64,000 bases of DNA from Terriglobales bacterium (lineage in GTDB: Bacteria; Acidobacteriota; Terriglobia; Terriglobales; Acidobacteriaceae), in NCBI GenBank assembly GCA_049519955.1, contig JBEKQG010000001.1, positions 2,590 to 66,589 on the forward strand, in the 5' to 3' direction. Within the stretch, counting starts at the first letter, position 1; each line of letters starts with the position of its first letter. Position numbers and translations under genes: made by a program. This document shows, in pieces, positions 1 through 8,907 of the stretch. The notes below the pieces were generated by a model. That model had not been told where the DNA came from and made no database searches. It worked only from the letters and a program-made list of their open reading frames with translations.

Positions 1-136
1 TCGGCTTGGGCACTTCGGCGATCTGCTCTTTTTCATCCGAAAGCAGCGGGGCGGCGACGCGCAAGGCCTCAACTTCTTTTTCCAGCCGGGCCATTTCCAG
101 TTCCTTCTGCCGCAATACTTCATACACATTTTTCAT
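1..136 (-). CDS. hypothetical protein, N-terminal part only (gene runs off left edge)
   Basis: Own translation of the minus strand from ATG (complement of 134-136) gives MKNVYEVLRQKELEMARLEKEVEALRVAAPLLSDEKEQIAEVPKP..., open to position 1. Composition is coiled-coil-like. It is absent from the ORF track because it is truncated. Confidence 0.3.
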   Translation of the reverse strand, partial: MKNVYEVLRQKELEMARLEKEVEALRVAAPLLSDEKEQIAEVPKP

Positions 137-273
137 GCTTGGCCACCCATGTGTTGCAACAACAGCTTAAGCGCAGAGTATGGGTTGCACTGCCTCTTTG
201 TCAAGGAAAACACCCCATGCGAGTGCATGAGTGGTTATCCGAACTCATCTTCTGAGCCCATCATCCAAACAAG

Positions 274-1290
274 TTATTTCAGGACCACGACGGCGACCAG
301 AATGCCGAGAACCAGGATGATGATCGCCAACAGATGCGCGTGCTTTGCCAGCCACGATTGTTTTGCTGACGCGGAATTCGCCAGGAAAGCCGGTACGAAT
401 TCCTCCGGCGTCGGACCCTCGGAGTCGGCTGCGGAATCGCCCTTTGCATCGCCCTCTGAAATGGAAGCCGCGTCCTGCCGCGGATCGCGCGGGTCTTTCT
501 CCGCATCCCCCTCCGCTTCCTTCTTCTCGCAGTCGAGGCAGAGCGTTCTCCCCTCGGATACGGGGAATCCGCAAGCAGCGCATCTTTGCACGCGGAGCAT
601 GGCCTCGGGAAGGGAAGCCTGCTCGGGCTGTGGATTTACGGCCGGCTCGCCCGTCCCCATGGCAGGCGCCGAATCGACAGGCGAGCTATACGGCAGGGGA
701 AGAGCCATCGCCGCCGCTTGTGCGCCGCTGGCCGTGGAGAGTTCGGGCAAAAGTTCGGCGGACTTCCCAGGCTCTTCCCTGGGTGCGGGCGCGGGGGCGG
801 AGTTCGGGCGCGGCTCCGCGAGATCCAAGGCCGTCAATGTGAGGTCGGCCATGCGCTCCAGTGCGATCAGATCGCGCTCTTCGAAAGCGTAGGGATGATC
901 AGAAAATAGTTCAAACAGGCCGCGCACTTCGCCGCTACGCCGCAACAAGGGCAAAACCACGATGGATGCAATGCCCAGCGCCTGGCATGCTTCCAGATTC
1001 ACGCGCGGATCGGTTTCCGCGTTGTCGCAGCGCAGCAACTGCCGCCGGGCAATGCTCTCTCCGGTCAATCCTGAACGGACCTGCAGGCGCGCCCCCACGG
1101 GCGGCGCCGAAGCGCCAGCGCTCGCGCGGCAAACCATCTCCTCACCCTGCGGCAGAGCCAGGGCAGTCCCGGTCGCCCCTGTGATGTACCGCGCGCGTTC
1201 CACCAACAACTGCAGGGCGGAGTTGAGTTCCGTTTCTTCTAACCCGCTGGCCGGAGGAAATTGATCTTCGGGATGCGAGGGTCCTTGCAT
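274..1290 (-). CDS. GAF domain protein with zinc ribbon and C-terminal membrane anchor
   Basis: 338-aa ORF. The N-terminal ~150 aa are GAF-like (LLVERARYITGATGTALAL ... IASIVVLPLLRRSGEVRGLFELFS). It has a CAACGFPVSEGRTLCLDC zinc ribbon and a hydrophobic C-terminus LLAIIILVLGILVAVVVL. Confidence 0.65.
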   Translation of the reverse strand: MQGPSHPEDQFPPASGLEETELNSALQLLVERARYITGATGTALALPQGEEMVCRASAGASAPPVGARLQVRSGLTGESIARRQLLRCDNAETDPRVNLEACQALGIASIVVLPLLRRSGEVRGLFELFSDHPYAFEERDLIALERMADLTLTALDLAEPRPNSAPAPAPREEPGKSAELLPELSTASGAQAAAMALPLPYSSPVDSAPAMGTGEPAVNPQPEQASLPEAMLRVQRCAACGFPVSEGRTLCLDCEKKEAEGDAEKDPRDPRQDAASISEGDAKGDSAADSEGPTPEEFVPAFLANSASAKQSWLAKHAHLLAIIILVLGILVAVVVLK

Positions 1291-1412
1291 GAAATGCAGT
1301 TCAAGCCAGCTTCGGCAGCCACGAACAGCCAGAGATCACTCCGAAAGGGCTGAACCGAGTCTCGCCTTGGAGACTCTGGCTGTCAAGGCCTGGGAACCGT
1401 TCTGTCCGCCGC

Positions 1413-1823
1413 TCACGGCGCAGTCGGCGCGCGCTGCGTGATTGCGATGGCGATGCCCGGCGGATGCAGAAGCGTGTTGTGAATCAGGCAATGATGCACC
1501 GCCTTCTCCACTCCGTCCCGGTGTTCGTCGGTCAGCGCCGCCGGCGATTCGATTTCAATGCGAAAGTTATCGATGCGGGCCGGATCTTTCGCCTTTTCCG
1601 CCGTTACCCGCACACGGGTGCCTTCCGTCGCCAGCTTGTGTTTCCGCAGATATTGCGCCGCGTAGAAACCGGCGCACGAGCCCAACGAAGCGAGCAGGAG
1701 TTCCGGCGGCGTCATGCCTTCGTCGTGGCCTCCATTTTCCGGCGGCTGGTCGCTCACCACGCTGTGCTGACGCGCCTTGATTTCAAACTGCACCGCTCCA
1801 AGATGTTCCACGGTGACTTCCAT
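1413..1823 (-). CDS. OsmC/Ohr family peroxiredoxin-like protein
   Basis: 136-aa ORF. It has the GMTPPELLLASLGSCAGFYAAQYL motif and a C-terminal HHCLIHNTL segment typical of the OsmC family, and the size fits. Confidence 0.8.
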   Translation of the reverse strand: MEVTVEHLGAVQFEIKARQHSVVSDQPPENGGHDEGMTPPELLLASLGSCAGFYAAQYLRKHKLATEGTRVRVTAEKAKDPARIDNFRIEIESPAALTDEHRDGVEKAVHHCLIHNTLLHPPGIAIAITQRAPTAP

Positions 1824-2021
1824 AAGTGCCTCCAGATCTTCCGAACGATCGAGTTAAGAGCAAATCGGGCAGTGTCTCAGTTTGGTTGCCATCGCGCGGA
1901 ATTGTCATCCTGAGCGAAGCGACGGGCCTGCTTTTGCCGCCAGTAATCGCACGCTTCGCGCCCTTGACCGGGATGGCGGCAGGCCTTGAGTAATGCGTCG
2001 TCGTCCTCGGCGATGCGGGAC

Positions 2022-2771
2022 TTACTCTGCCTTTTCGTCCTTGTGCCGCAGCCATTCGATGAACATCTGTTCTTTTGGCCTGTCGTAGGCCATGAGCAGG
2101 TGGCGGATGCTGCGTCCGCTGACAAAGTGGCAAACTTCTTCCGCCAGGTTCTTGGCGTGGTCGCCGGCCCGTTCCAGAGACTGCGTCATGAAGATCACTT
2201 GCAGGCTGGCGTGGTGCGCGACGTTTTCCGGATTCTCGATGTGGCGCAGAAAGATGATATTGCGCAGGCGGTCCATCTCGGCGTCGGCGCGGAGCACGTC
2301 GATGGCTTTCTTCACGTCGCGCTGGGAAAAAGAGCAGCCAACGTCGGCCAGCATTTTTTCCAGAACGGTCGCCATCTGGGTCAAGTCGCGAGCGTCCCGC
2401 GAATCGAGCCGCCCCCCCGCGGCTTGCGCACTGGTGGCAAAGCTCAGCAGCAGATCGCCGATGCGCTCCAGCCCGATCACAACTTTCATGCACGCCAGCA
2501 GTTGCCGGGCTTCGTCTTCCGGAGCGTTGCTGATGGCCGACGTTACGCCCGTGTCCACTTCCACGTCGATCGCGTCGAGTTCCTTTTCGCACTGCCGGAT
2601 GTCGTTCAGGCGCGACATCGATCCGGTGGCAATTCCCTCGGCCGCGATGGCCGCAGCCTCGCGGGCCAGCTCACAGGCTTCCGCGGTTCGCTGCATCAAG
2701 TCGGAGTGCTCGGGCTCAGGCGATGGCATTCTCACACTGGCTGTGCTCATAGGCAAAACCGCCTGCTTCAT
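2022..2771 (-). CDS. phoU: PhoU family phosphate-signalling regulator
   Basis: 249-aa ORF with two PhoU-type repeats, each ending in the LERIGD / LERAGDHAKNLAE signature. Confidence 0.75.
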   Translation of the reverse strand: MKQAVLPMSTASVRMPSPEPEHSDLMQRTAEACELAREAAAIAAEGIATGSMSRLNDIRQCEKELDAIDVEVDTGVTSAISNAPEDEARQLLACMKVVIGLERIGDLLLSFATSAQAAGGRLDSRDARDLTQMATVLEKMLADVGCSFSQRDVKKAIDVLRADAEMDRLRNIIFLRHIENPENVAHHASLQVIFMTQSLERAGDHAKNLAEEVCHFVSGRSIRHLLMAYDRPKEQMFIEWLRHKDEKAE

Positions 2772-2963
2772 TCGACGGCCGGTCCGCTCTGGTGGACGCG
2801 AGCGCTGTTACCTCAGAGTGTGCCACAAAACCCCAGAGAAAGCATACTTCCCGGCGCCGCGAGGCAGGTTACGACCCGGTGAATTTCTTGTCGCCGAATG
2901 AAACAGCGAGATGGGCGTACAATCGTTCGTTGCTGTTCTTGAGATCAAATAAGGAGATTCCGG

Positions 2964-4364
2964 GTGATTAAGTTTGGAGTCGGAAACTTGCGGGTTCCCA
3001 AATGGACGCGACCCGTTTATATGGTTGCGGCAGGACAGTCTGATTTCCGCAAACGCTATCCTGAAAAGAAATTAGAAGAAGTCTGCATGATGGCGTTTCG
3101 CATGATGCTGGAGGAAAGCGATCTGAAGAAAGATCCACTGGATGTGAAGGGCCTCATCAATCTTACGGTGTGTGGAGAGTTTGCCGACCACTTTCAAGAT
3201 CAGTTGCTCTGTGAAGCAAAGGTCGTCGACTATATCGGGTTGGATCCCCTCTACAACGTAGGGGTCAAAACCGGTGGCGCCACGGGTGGCTCGGCGGTTT
3301 TAATGGGCGCGACCACGGTTGCCAGTGGACTTTCCGACTGCACTCTGGTTCTTGGCTGGGAACGGATGGACGAAGTCAGAACCTGGACGGGCAACTACTA
3401 CATTGCCACCGCGGCCTGCAAAGACTTTGAAACTCGCTTGGCGCGTAACTACGCCAGCTACTACGCTCCGATGGCGCGACGATTCCAGGAGATGTATCAC
3501 GTGGACGAAAGAGTTCGCGCAGCGATCGCCGTTAAGAACCGCGGCTATGCTTACATGTCGCCCTTCGCCCAACAGCCCGGCAAACACACCATCGAGGAAG
3601 TGCTCAGCGGTGCTATCGTCTCCGATCCGCTGAGATTTCTTGAGTGCTGTGCCATGAGTGTGGGCTCTGCAGCGCTTTTGCTATGTTCCGAAGAGTTGGC
3701 CCACAAACTGACCGACAACCCCGTTCTTTTGTATGCCGCTGGTGCATCCCACACACTCCGAGCGGGGGATCGACGGCACATGGAAATCCCACTCCTTCCG
3801 AATGAGTCGGCTACTCAGTATGAAAAGCTTTACAAAGAAATGCAAAAAACCGAGAGCCGCTGGCCGGGATTCGAAAGCTTCGCTGCCGCCCGGTTCGCCG
3901 CTTGGTTGGCGTATCGAATGGCGGGCGTAAACGATCCCTTGGAAGATTTGGACGTGGTTGAAACTCACGATGCGTTCACAATTTCCGACCTGCAAACCTA
4001 CGGAGACGTTGGCCTGAGGCCGTATGGTCAGGAACAGGATTTTGTGACCTCTGGCGATTGCTATGTGAAGGACCCTAAGACTGGCAAACCGGGCAGATGT
4101 CCGGCGAATCCGTCCGGCGGGTTGTTGGGAACCATGCATGCGGTGGGCGCCACGGGAATCTTCCAGTGTAACGAAGTGTTCTGGCAAATTCAGAACAAGT
4201 ACGACAAAATCCACGGCGATCCGAAAATGTGGGGCCGTTACGGCAAGAAGAAGCCGGCCGATTGGGAAAGCCTGCAAATCAAAAACGCTAAGAGAGGTCT
4301 GGCCATATCTCATGCAGGCGTGGGCAGTCATGTGACTTGCACCGTCCTGGAGAAAGCTTGGTAG
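2964..4364 (+). CDS. thiolase-like (SCP-x / non-specific lipid-transfer type) protein
   Basis: 466-aa ORF with thiolase-fold length and motifs (GVKTGGATGGSAV, GGLLGTMHAVGATG). It lies directly upstream of a DUF35 OB-fold gene, the usual partner of this thiolase subfamily. Confidence 0.75.
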   Translation: MIKFGVGNLRVPKWTRPVYMVAAGQSDFRKRYPEKKLEEVCMMAFRMMLEESDLKKDPLDVKGLINLTVCGEFADHFQDQLLCEAKVVDYIGLDPLYNVGVKTGGATGGSAVLMGATTVASGLSDCTLVLGWERMDEVRTWTGNYYIATAACKDFETRLARNYASYYAPMARRFQEMYHVDERVRAAIAVKNRGYAYMSPFAQQPGKHTIEEVLSGAIVSDPLRFLECCAMSVGSAALLLCSEELAHKLTDNPVLLYAAGASHTLRAGDRRHMEIPLLPNESATQYEKLYKEMQKTESRWPGFESFAAARFAAWLAYRMAGVNDPLEDLDVVETHDAFTISDLQTYGDVGLRPYGQEQDFVTSGDCYVKDPKTGKPGRCPANPSGGLLGTMHAVGATGIFQCNEVFWQIQNKYDKIHGDPKMWGRYGKKKPADWESLQIKNAKRGLAISHAGVGSHVTCTVLEKAW

Positions 4365-4373
4365 GGAGATAAA

Positions 4374-4886
4374 ATGGACAACAAAGTAGTTTTGAAAACA
4401 TCGCCGGCAGTAATGACACAGGAGAAGGACGCATGGGTGGTTCAACTTCCTCGCTTTGGCGCGGAAGGAAATCACTTTCACACCTACGGGCTCCTGACCC
4501 CATATTTCAAAGGGTTGACTGAAGGCAAGTTGATGGCCACAAAATGTGTGAATGCCAAGTGCCCGATTGATCACGGCAAAGGTGAGTTGTGGCTCCCTCC
4601 GCGCGCAGATTGTCCAGATTGCCACCAACCGATGGTGTGGGAGCAGATCAAAAACCCAACCGGCTACATCTACACGTTCACCTACGTGGAGAGAGGCGGG
4701 CAGGGGCTCGAGATCGAATGCCCGTACTATCAGATCGACGTGAAGATTCCGGGAGTGGCAACGATCATGAAGAGCTATCTATTGGATCGCAAGCCCATCA
4801 AGATCGGGGACAAGGTGAAAGCGGGCTTCCGTACTGGAAAGGACGCCACCCACACTGCTCTGGATCTGTACTGGGAGTTGATCTAG
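4374..4886 (+). CDS. Zn-ribbon / OB-fold DUF35 family protein (thiolase partner)
   Basis: 170-aa ORF. It has a CxxC...CxxC rubredoxin-like ribbon (CVNAKCPIDH ... CPDCH) followed by an OB-fold-like C-terminus, and starts 10 nt after the thiolase stop. Confidence 0.75.
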   Translation: MDNKVVLKTSPAVMTQEKDAWVVQLPRFGAEGNHFHTYGLLTPYFKGLTEGKLMATKCVNAKCPIDHGKGELWLPPRADCPDCHQPMVWEQIKNPTGYIYTFTYVERGGQGLEIECPYYQIDVKIPGVATIMKSYLLDRKPIKIGDKVKAGFRTGKDATHTALDLYWELI

Positions 4887-5482
4887 AAATAAACCGCATT
4901 CAAAGCCTGAAGCGTTGACCAGGAGCATTACAGTGAATGACGCAACCATCGTAAGTGGGGGAACGATCCCATATCGTTCCCCGTCGGTTGAGGAAGCGTT
5001 GCGAGAACTGACGCAACTGGCGGTCACCGAGGCGTGCGTGTCGGGTCTTTGTGACATTTGTCTCTGTCAGAATCAGACCGGCCCTTGCAATATTGTCGGC
5101 CAGCGCTGGCAGGATTCGCACCCCTCCAGGCGTTCAGGGGAGAAATAAAACAATTCAGAAGCAATACCGTGAAGAATGTAGCGATGCTGCCAGATGGCAT
5201 GTCGCTGCGGAGCTTACACCTGGACGCTGCACGCAGGGAGAAATTCACGGCCCTTCGGTGGGACCTCCGATCCGGCGAGCGGCGAGATCTTCCTGTCAAT
5301 GGCGCTCACACTTTGGATGGCGGAACCACCCCAGGGCACAAATGGGTGCTCTTCACCGCCGATTCTGACTCTAGTCTGACAGGATGGGTATTTCCTAACG
5401 GATCGCTTCGCATCCAATTAGCAGATGCCTTCTGGATCGTTCAGGGATGAAGGGCTACCCGGAAACTCCCGATTACCAGCAT

Positions 5483-5576
5483 CTACGCGGAATCCTGCTC
5501 GGCAGCAGCCAGCGTGAATAAAAACGTCGACCCGTGGTTCAGCTCGCTCTCGGCGCGGATCGTTCCCCCGTGCGCC
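5483..5576 (-). pseudogene. orphan duplicate of the last 31 codons of the histidine kinase gene (phoR 3' end fragment)
   Basis: 5510-5576 matches 6319-6385 at 66 of 67 nt, and the single difference is a synonymous TTG/TTA change. The homology continues, diverged, to a stop codon: the tail reads TLAAAEQDSA* here against TLTACEADSA* in the intact gene. Confidence 0.85.
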
Positions 5577-5581
5577 GTTGC

Positions 5582-5887
5582 CTAATTCCCGGGTTCTGCA
5601 ACGACGGCGAACTTCACGCCGAGGGCGTGCAGGACGGAACTGATGGTTTCAAAGCGTGGGTGCGCGCCTGCGCTCAGGGCTTTGTACAGGCTCTCCCTGC
5701 CCAGTCCCGAGTCTTTGGCGATCTGCGCCATGCCTCGCGCCTTGGCCACGTCGCCGAGCGCGGCAACGAATACATCGGGGTTTGGGTCTTCGGCGGCGGC
5801 CGAAAGATATTCCGCAATCACTGCATCGTTATCGAGATATTCCGCCGCGTCGAATGCCTTGTAAGTTGTTTTCCTCTTCGTCTTCAT
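5582..5887 (-). CDS. addiction-module antidote protein (HigA-family HTH antitoxin)
   Basis: 101-aa ORF: FDAAEYLDNDAVIAEYLSAAAEDPNPDVFVAALGDVAKARGMAQIAKDSGLGRESLYKALS. This matches the 'putative addiction module antidote protein' family as I remember it. It overlaps the upstream toxin stop by 4 nt. Confidence 0.85.
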   Translation of the reverse strand: MKTKRKTTYKAFDAAEYLDNDAVIAEYLSAAAEDPNPDVFVAALGDVAKARGMAQIAKDSGLGRESLYKALSAGAHPRFETISSVLHALGVKFAVVAEPGN

Positions 5888-6201
5888 GGTTTCGCCCTCG
5901 GTTTCACCCTCTTGAGTTCGCGGGCCATTTTTCTCGCTTTGGCAATGTCTTTCGTCTGCGATGCCTTTACGCCGCCCGCCAGCAAAACATAGACGGTCGC
6001 TCCCGTTCGCGTGTAATAAATCCGATACCCCGCTCCGGCATGAATACGCATCTCGGAAACGCCTTCGCCAACCGGTTGCGAATCGCCGAAATTCCCAAAT
6101 GTCGCACTACGGAGGCGGGCCAGGATTCTGGCCTTTGCCTTTTGGTCGGCCAAGTTGGATAGCCACGCATCGAAATCGGACGACCGAACGAATGTATTCA
6201 T
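5884..6201 (-). CDS. addiction-module killer protein (RelE/HigB-type toxin)
   Basis: 105-aa ORF: FDAWLSNLADQKAKARILARLRSATFGNFGDSQPVGEGVSEMRIHAGAGYRIYYTRTGATVYVLLAGGVKASQTKDI. This is the typical partner family upstream of the antidote gene. Confidence 0.85.
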   Translation of the reverse strand: MNTFVRSSDFDAWLSNLADQKAKARILARLRSATFGNFGDSQPVGEGVSEMRIHAGAGYRIYYTRTGATVYVLLAGGVKASQTKDIAKARKMARELKRVKPRAKP

Positions 6202-6291
6202 GCCGATTCACGCCCATAGTGTATCCGAATGGATACTGTTCTGCAAGGCCCTGCGCCTCCGGGCTGCCCGGAATCTGTCCGCTCCTGCCAT

Positions 6292-8031
6292 TTACGCTGA
6301 ATCCGCCTCACAAGCAGTCAGCGTGAACAAAAACGTCGACCCGTGGTTCAGCTCGCTCTCGGCGCGGATCGTTCCCCCGTGCGCCAGAACAATATGCTTG
6401 GCGATGGCCAGTCCCAGCCCCGTCCCGCCCGATTCCCGCGAGCGCGCTTTATCCACGCGGTAGAAGCGCTCGAAAAGACGCGGCAGATGCTCGGAGGAAA
6501 TGCCGGGGCCGAAATCCCTCACGTAGAATTCGACGCCGCTCTCCACCCCGCGCGCCCCGAGAATAACTTTTTTCCCCGACGCCGCATACTTCAACGCATT
6601 CTCAATCAAGTTGGAAAAAATCTGATGGATGGCTTCGCGGTCCGCATTTACCTGCCCGCCACCAACCGCGTTCTCAATCGCCAACTCGACTCCCAGCTCG
6701 ACGTCGTAAGACCGTGCCACTTCGCGGAAGCTCTCCAGAGCGTCCTGCAGCAGTTCTTCGGCGTTGACCGGCTGAATGGCGAACCGGTGCTCGCCCGACT
6801 CCACCCGCGCCAGCGTCAGCAGGTCTTCCGTCAGCCGCGTCATGCGCGCCGAGTTCTTGCGGATGATTTCCAGAAACTCGCGCACGCTATTGTTCTCGAG
6901 AGGACTGTCGAGCAGCGTCTCCGTGTACCCCTGGATCGAAGTCAGCGGCGTGCGCAGCTCGTGCGATACGTTGGCGATGAAATCCCTTCGGCTCTTTTCC
7001 ATGCGCTCGGTCTCGGTGAGATCGCGGAGCACGGCCACCGCGCCGCCGCCCGGCATCGGCGCCGCCGTCACATCGAACGTGCGGCCGCTGGCGATGGTGT
7101 TCGAGTGCGCGGAAGTGACCACCTGGTTGCGCGCCGCCCCTTGCACTGCCGCCAGAAAATCCGGGTCGCGGACGCTGTCAATCAGCGGCGCATTCAGCCG
7201 GGGCGCATGAAGCAACAGACGGTCCATGCCGCGATTGGCCCACTGCACCCGCCCGCCGGCATCGACCGCAATCACGGCGTCCTGCATGCTGTTGAGGAGC
7301 GTCTCCAGTTCTCTCTGGCTGGTTTGCACGCGCGCGTAACTTTCTTCCACGCGGCGCGCCGTCTTATCGAGCGCCGCCGCCACCTGTCCGATCTCATCCG
7401 TCGCCCCGGATGCGATCCTGGCCGCCAGGTCGCCGCCCGCCACACGCTCGGCAAAAGTCACGATCCGCTGCAAACGCCGCCCCACATAGTGCGAAGCCAG
7501 CGCAGCCACCAGCGCCGCGAAAATGAAAGCGCTGAGCGATCCCCAAAACAGCGCCCTGCGCAGCGGACGGTCCGTGATTTCAATCTCCGGCAGCGGATAC
7601 GCCAGACGCACCGCCCCTCCGGAAACCGGCGCCGCCACGTACACAAAAGGAACGCGCACCGTTCGGCTGTTGCGTTCATCCATGCCGATTTTGCCGCCCA
7701 GCGCGGCCACAAACTCCGGGCGGCGCGCATGGTTCTCCATCGCGCCGGCGTCGGCCTCCGAATCGGCCAACACCTTGCCCGTCGGATCGATCACCGTGGC
7801 GCGGGCTTCCGCCGCCTGCCCCTCCTGCGCCGTAATGTCGGCGAGCGAGTGCTGCCGGTCCGTCTCCACGCGATGGGCGAACATCAGCGTTTTCTCTTGC
7901 AGATTACGCTCGATCTGCTCGCGTAGCGTGCGTTCCCACACCCTGTGCACGGTCATCTGCAACGTGATCGCGGTTGTGCCAATCACCAGCAGAAACACGA
8001 ACATCAATTTTACGAAGATGCGGCTTCTCAA
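6292..8031 (-). CDS. phoR: sensor histidine kinase, PhoR-like (TM-HAMP-PAS-HisKA-HATPase)
   Basis: 579-aa ORF. It has an N-terminal TM segment, a HAMP-like region, a PAS segment, the H-box FIANVSHELRTPLTSIQGY, and the G-boxes DFGPGI and GGTGLGLAI. It overlaps the upstream response regulator by 4 nt. The PhoR assignment is by resemblance only. Confidence 0.8.
   Translation of the reverse strand: MRSRIFVKLMFVFLLVIGTTAITLQMTVHRVWERTLREQIERNLQEKTLMFAHRVETDRQHSLADITAQEGQAAEARATVIDPTGKVLADSEADAGAMENHARRPEFVAALGGKIGMDERNSRTVRVPFVYVAAPVSGGAVRLAYPLPEIEITDRPLRRALFWGSLSAFIFAALVAALASHYVGRRLQRIVTFAERVAGGDLAARIASGATDEIGQVAAALDKTARRVEESYARVQTSQRELETLLNSMQDAVIAVDAGGRVQWANRGMDRLLLHAPRLNAPLIDSVRDPDFLAAVQGAARNQVVTSAHSNTIASGRTFDVTAAPMPGGGAVAVLRDLTETERMEKSRRDFIANVSHELRTPLTSIQGYTETLLDSPLENNSVREFLEIIRKNSARMTRLTEDLLTLARVESGEHRFAIQPVNAEELLQDALESFREVARSYDVELGVELAIENAVGGGQVNADREAIHQIFSNLIENALKYAASGKKVILGARGVESGVEFYVRDFGPGISSEHLPRLFERFYRVDKARSRESGGTGLGLAIAKHIVLAHGGTIRAESELNHGSTFLFTLTACEADSA
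6319..6385. repeat. 67-bp direct repeat copy inside the intact phoR 3' end (partner of 5510-5576)
   Basis: Direct comparison of the two stretches shows one mismatch. Confidence 0.9.
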
Positions 8032-8729
8032 CGCGCGACCTCAAAGCGGTAGCCCGCTCCCCGCACCGTTCTCAAATACCTCGGATTCTCGGGGTCCGGC
8101 TCGATTTTTTCCCGGATGCGCCGCACATACACGTCCACCGAGCGCGGCGTCACGAAGGCCGTATCGCGCCACACCGAATCGAGCAACTGGTCGCGCGTGA
8201 ACACCCGCCCCGCGTGCCGCATGAAGTGGTCGAGCAGCCGGAATTCCGTGGCCGTGGTCGGCACCTGTTTCCCTCGCACCGTCAGCGTCATCGCGCTCGG
8301 GTCGATGTGAATTTCGTCGATTTTCGTCGGCAACGGCGGCAGCGGACGCTCAAACCGCCGCAGCACCGCTTTCACCCGCGCCACCAGTTCGCGCGGGCTG
8401 AAAGGCTTGGGAATGTAATCGTCCGCGCCCAACTCCAATCCCAGCACCCGGTCCGCTTCGCCGCTCTTGGCGGTCAAAAAAATCACCGGCACCGGCGCCA
8501 GCGTCACCGATTGCCGGATCTGCCGGCAAAGTTCCAGCCCGTCTTTTCCCGGCACCATGATGTCCAGCAGAAACAGCGCCGGCCGCTGGCGCTCCGCGTC
8601 GGCAATCACTACATTGCCCGTCGAGTACAGCCGCACGTTGAAACTGGCCGCTTCCAGATGATGCCGCACCAGCCGCGAAATATCCGGGTCGTCTTCCACG
8701 ACGTAGATAGTCGGTTTCACGCGATCCAT
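8028..8729 (-). CDS. phoB: OmpR/PhoB-family response regulator
   Basis: 233-aa ORF. The receiver domain reads IYVVEDDPDI...LFLLDIMVPGKDG. The winged-helix output reads LTVRGKQVPTTATEFRLLDHFMRHAGRVFTRDQLL...YLRTVRGAGYRF. Confidence 0.85.
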   Translation of the reverse strand: MDRVKPTIYVVEDDPDISRLVRHHLEAASFNVRLYSTGNVVIADAERQRPALFLLDIMVPGKDGLELCRQIRQSVTLAPVPVIFLTAKSGEADRVLGLELGADDYIPKPFSPRELVARVKAVLRRFERPLPPLPTKIDEIHIDPSAMTLTVRGKQVPTTATEFRLLDHFMRHAGRVFTRDQLLDSVWRDTAFVTPRSVDVYVRRIREKIEPDPENPRYLRTVRGAGYRFEVAR

Positions 8730-8907
8730 TGTATCTGGGAAACGTGACGATTTGGATAAACAAAGAAGCCGGAGCGCGCGTTCCGTATCGGCGAATTCAG
8801 GGAAACTTCAATTAAGTCGGACCTGAACGCTCAAAACCAGCGCGTCGAATTCAAGGTTTCCCCGGTGTTCCCCTGTGGCCCCTGTGGTTCAAGCCTTTGC
8901 TCCTTCC

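Noticed and set aside
6343-7926. 527-aa ORF on the plus strand opposite the histidine kinase gene
   Set aside because: It is antisense to a gene with clear HisKA/HATPase motifs. Its translation is Arg/Pro/His-rich and motif-free, the typical high-GC shadow ORF.
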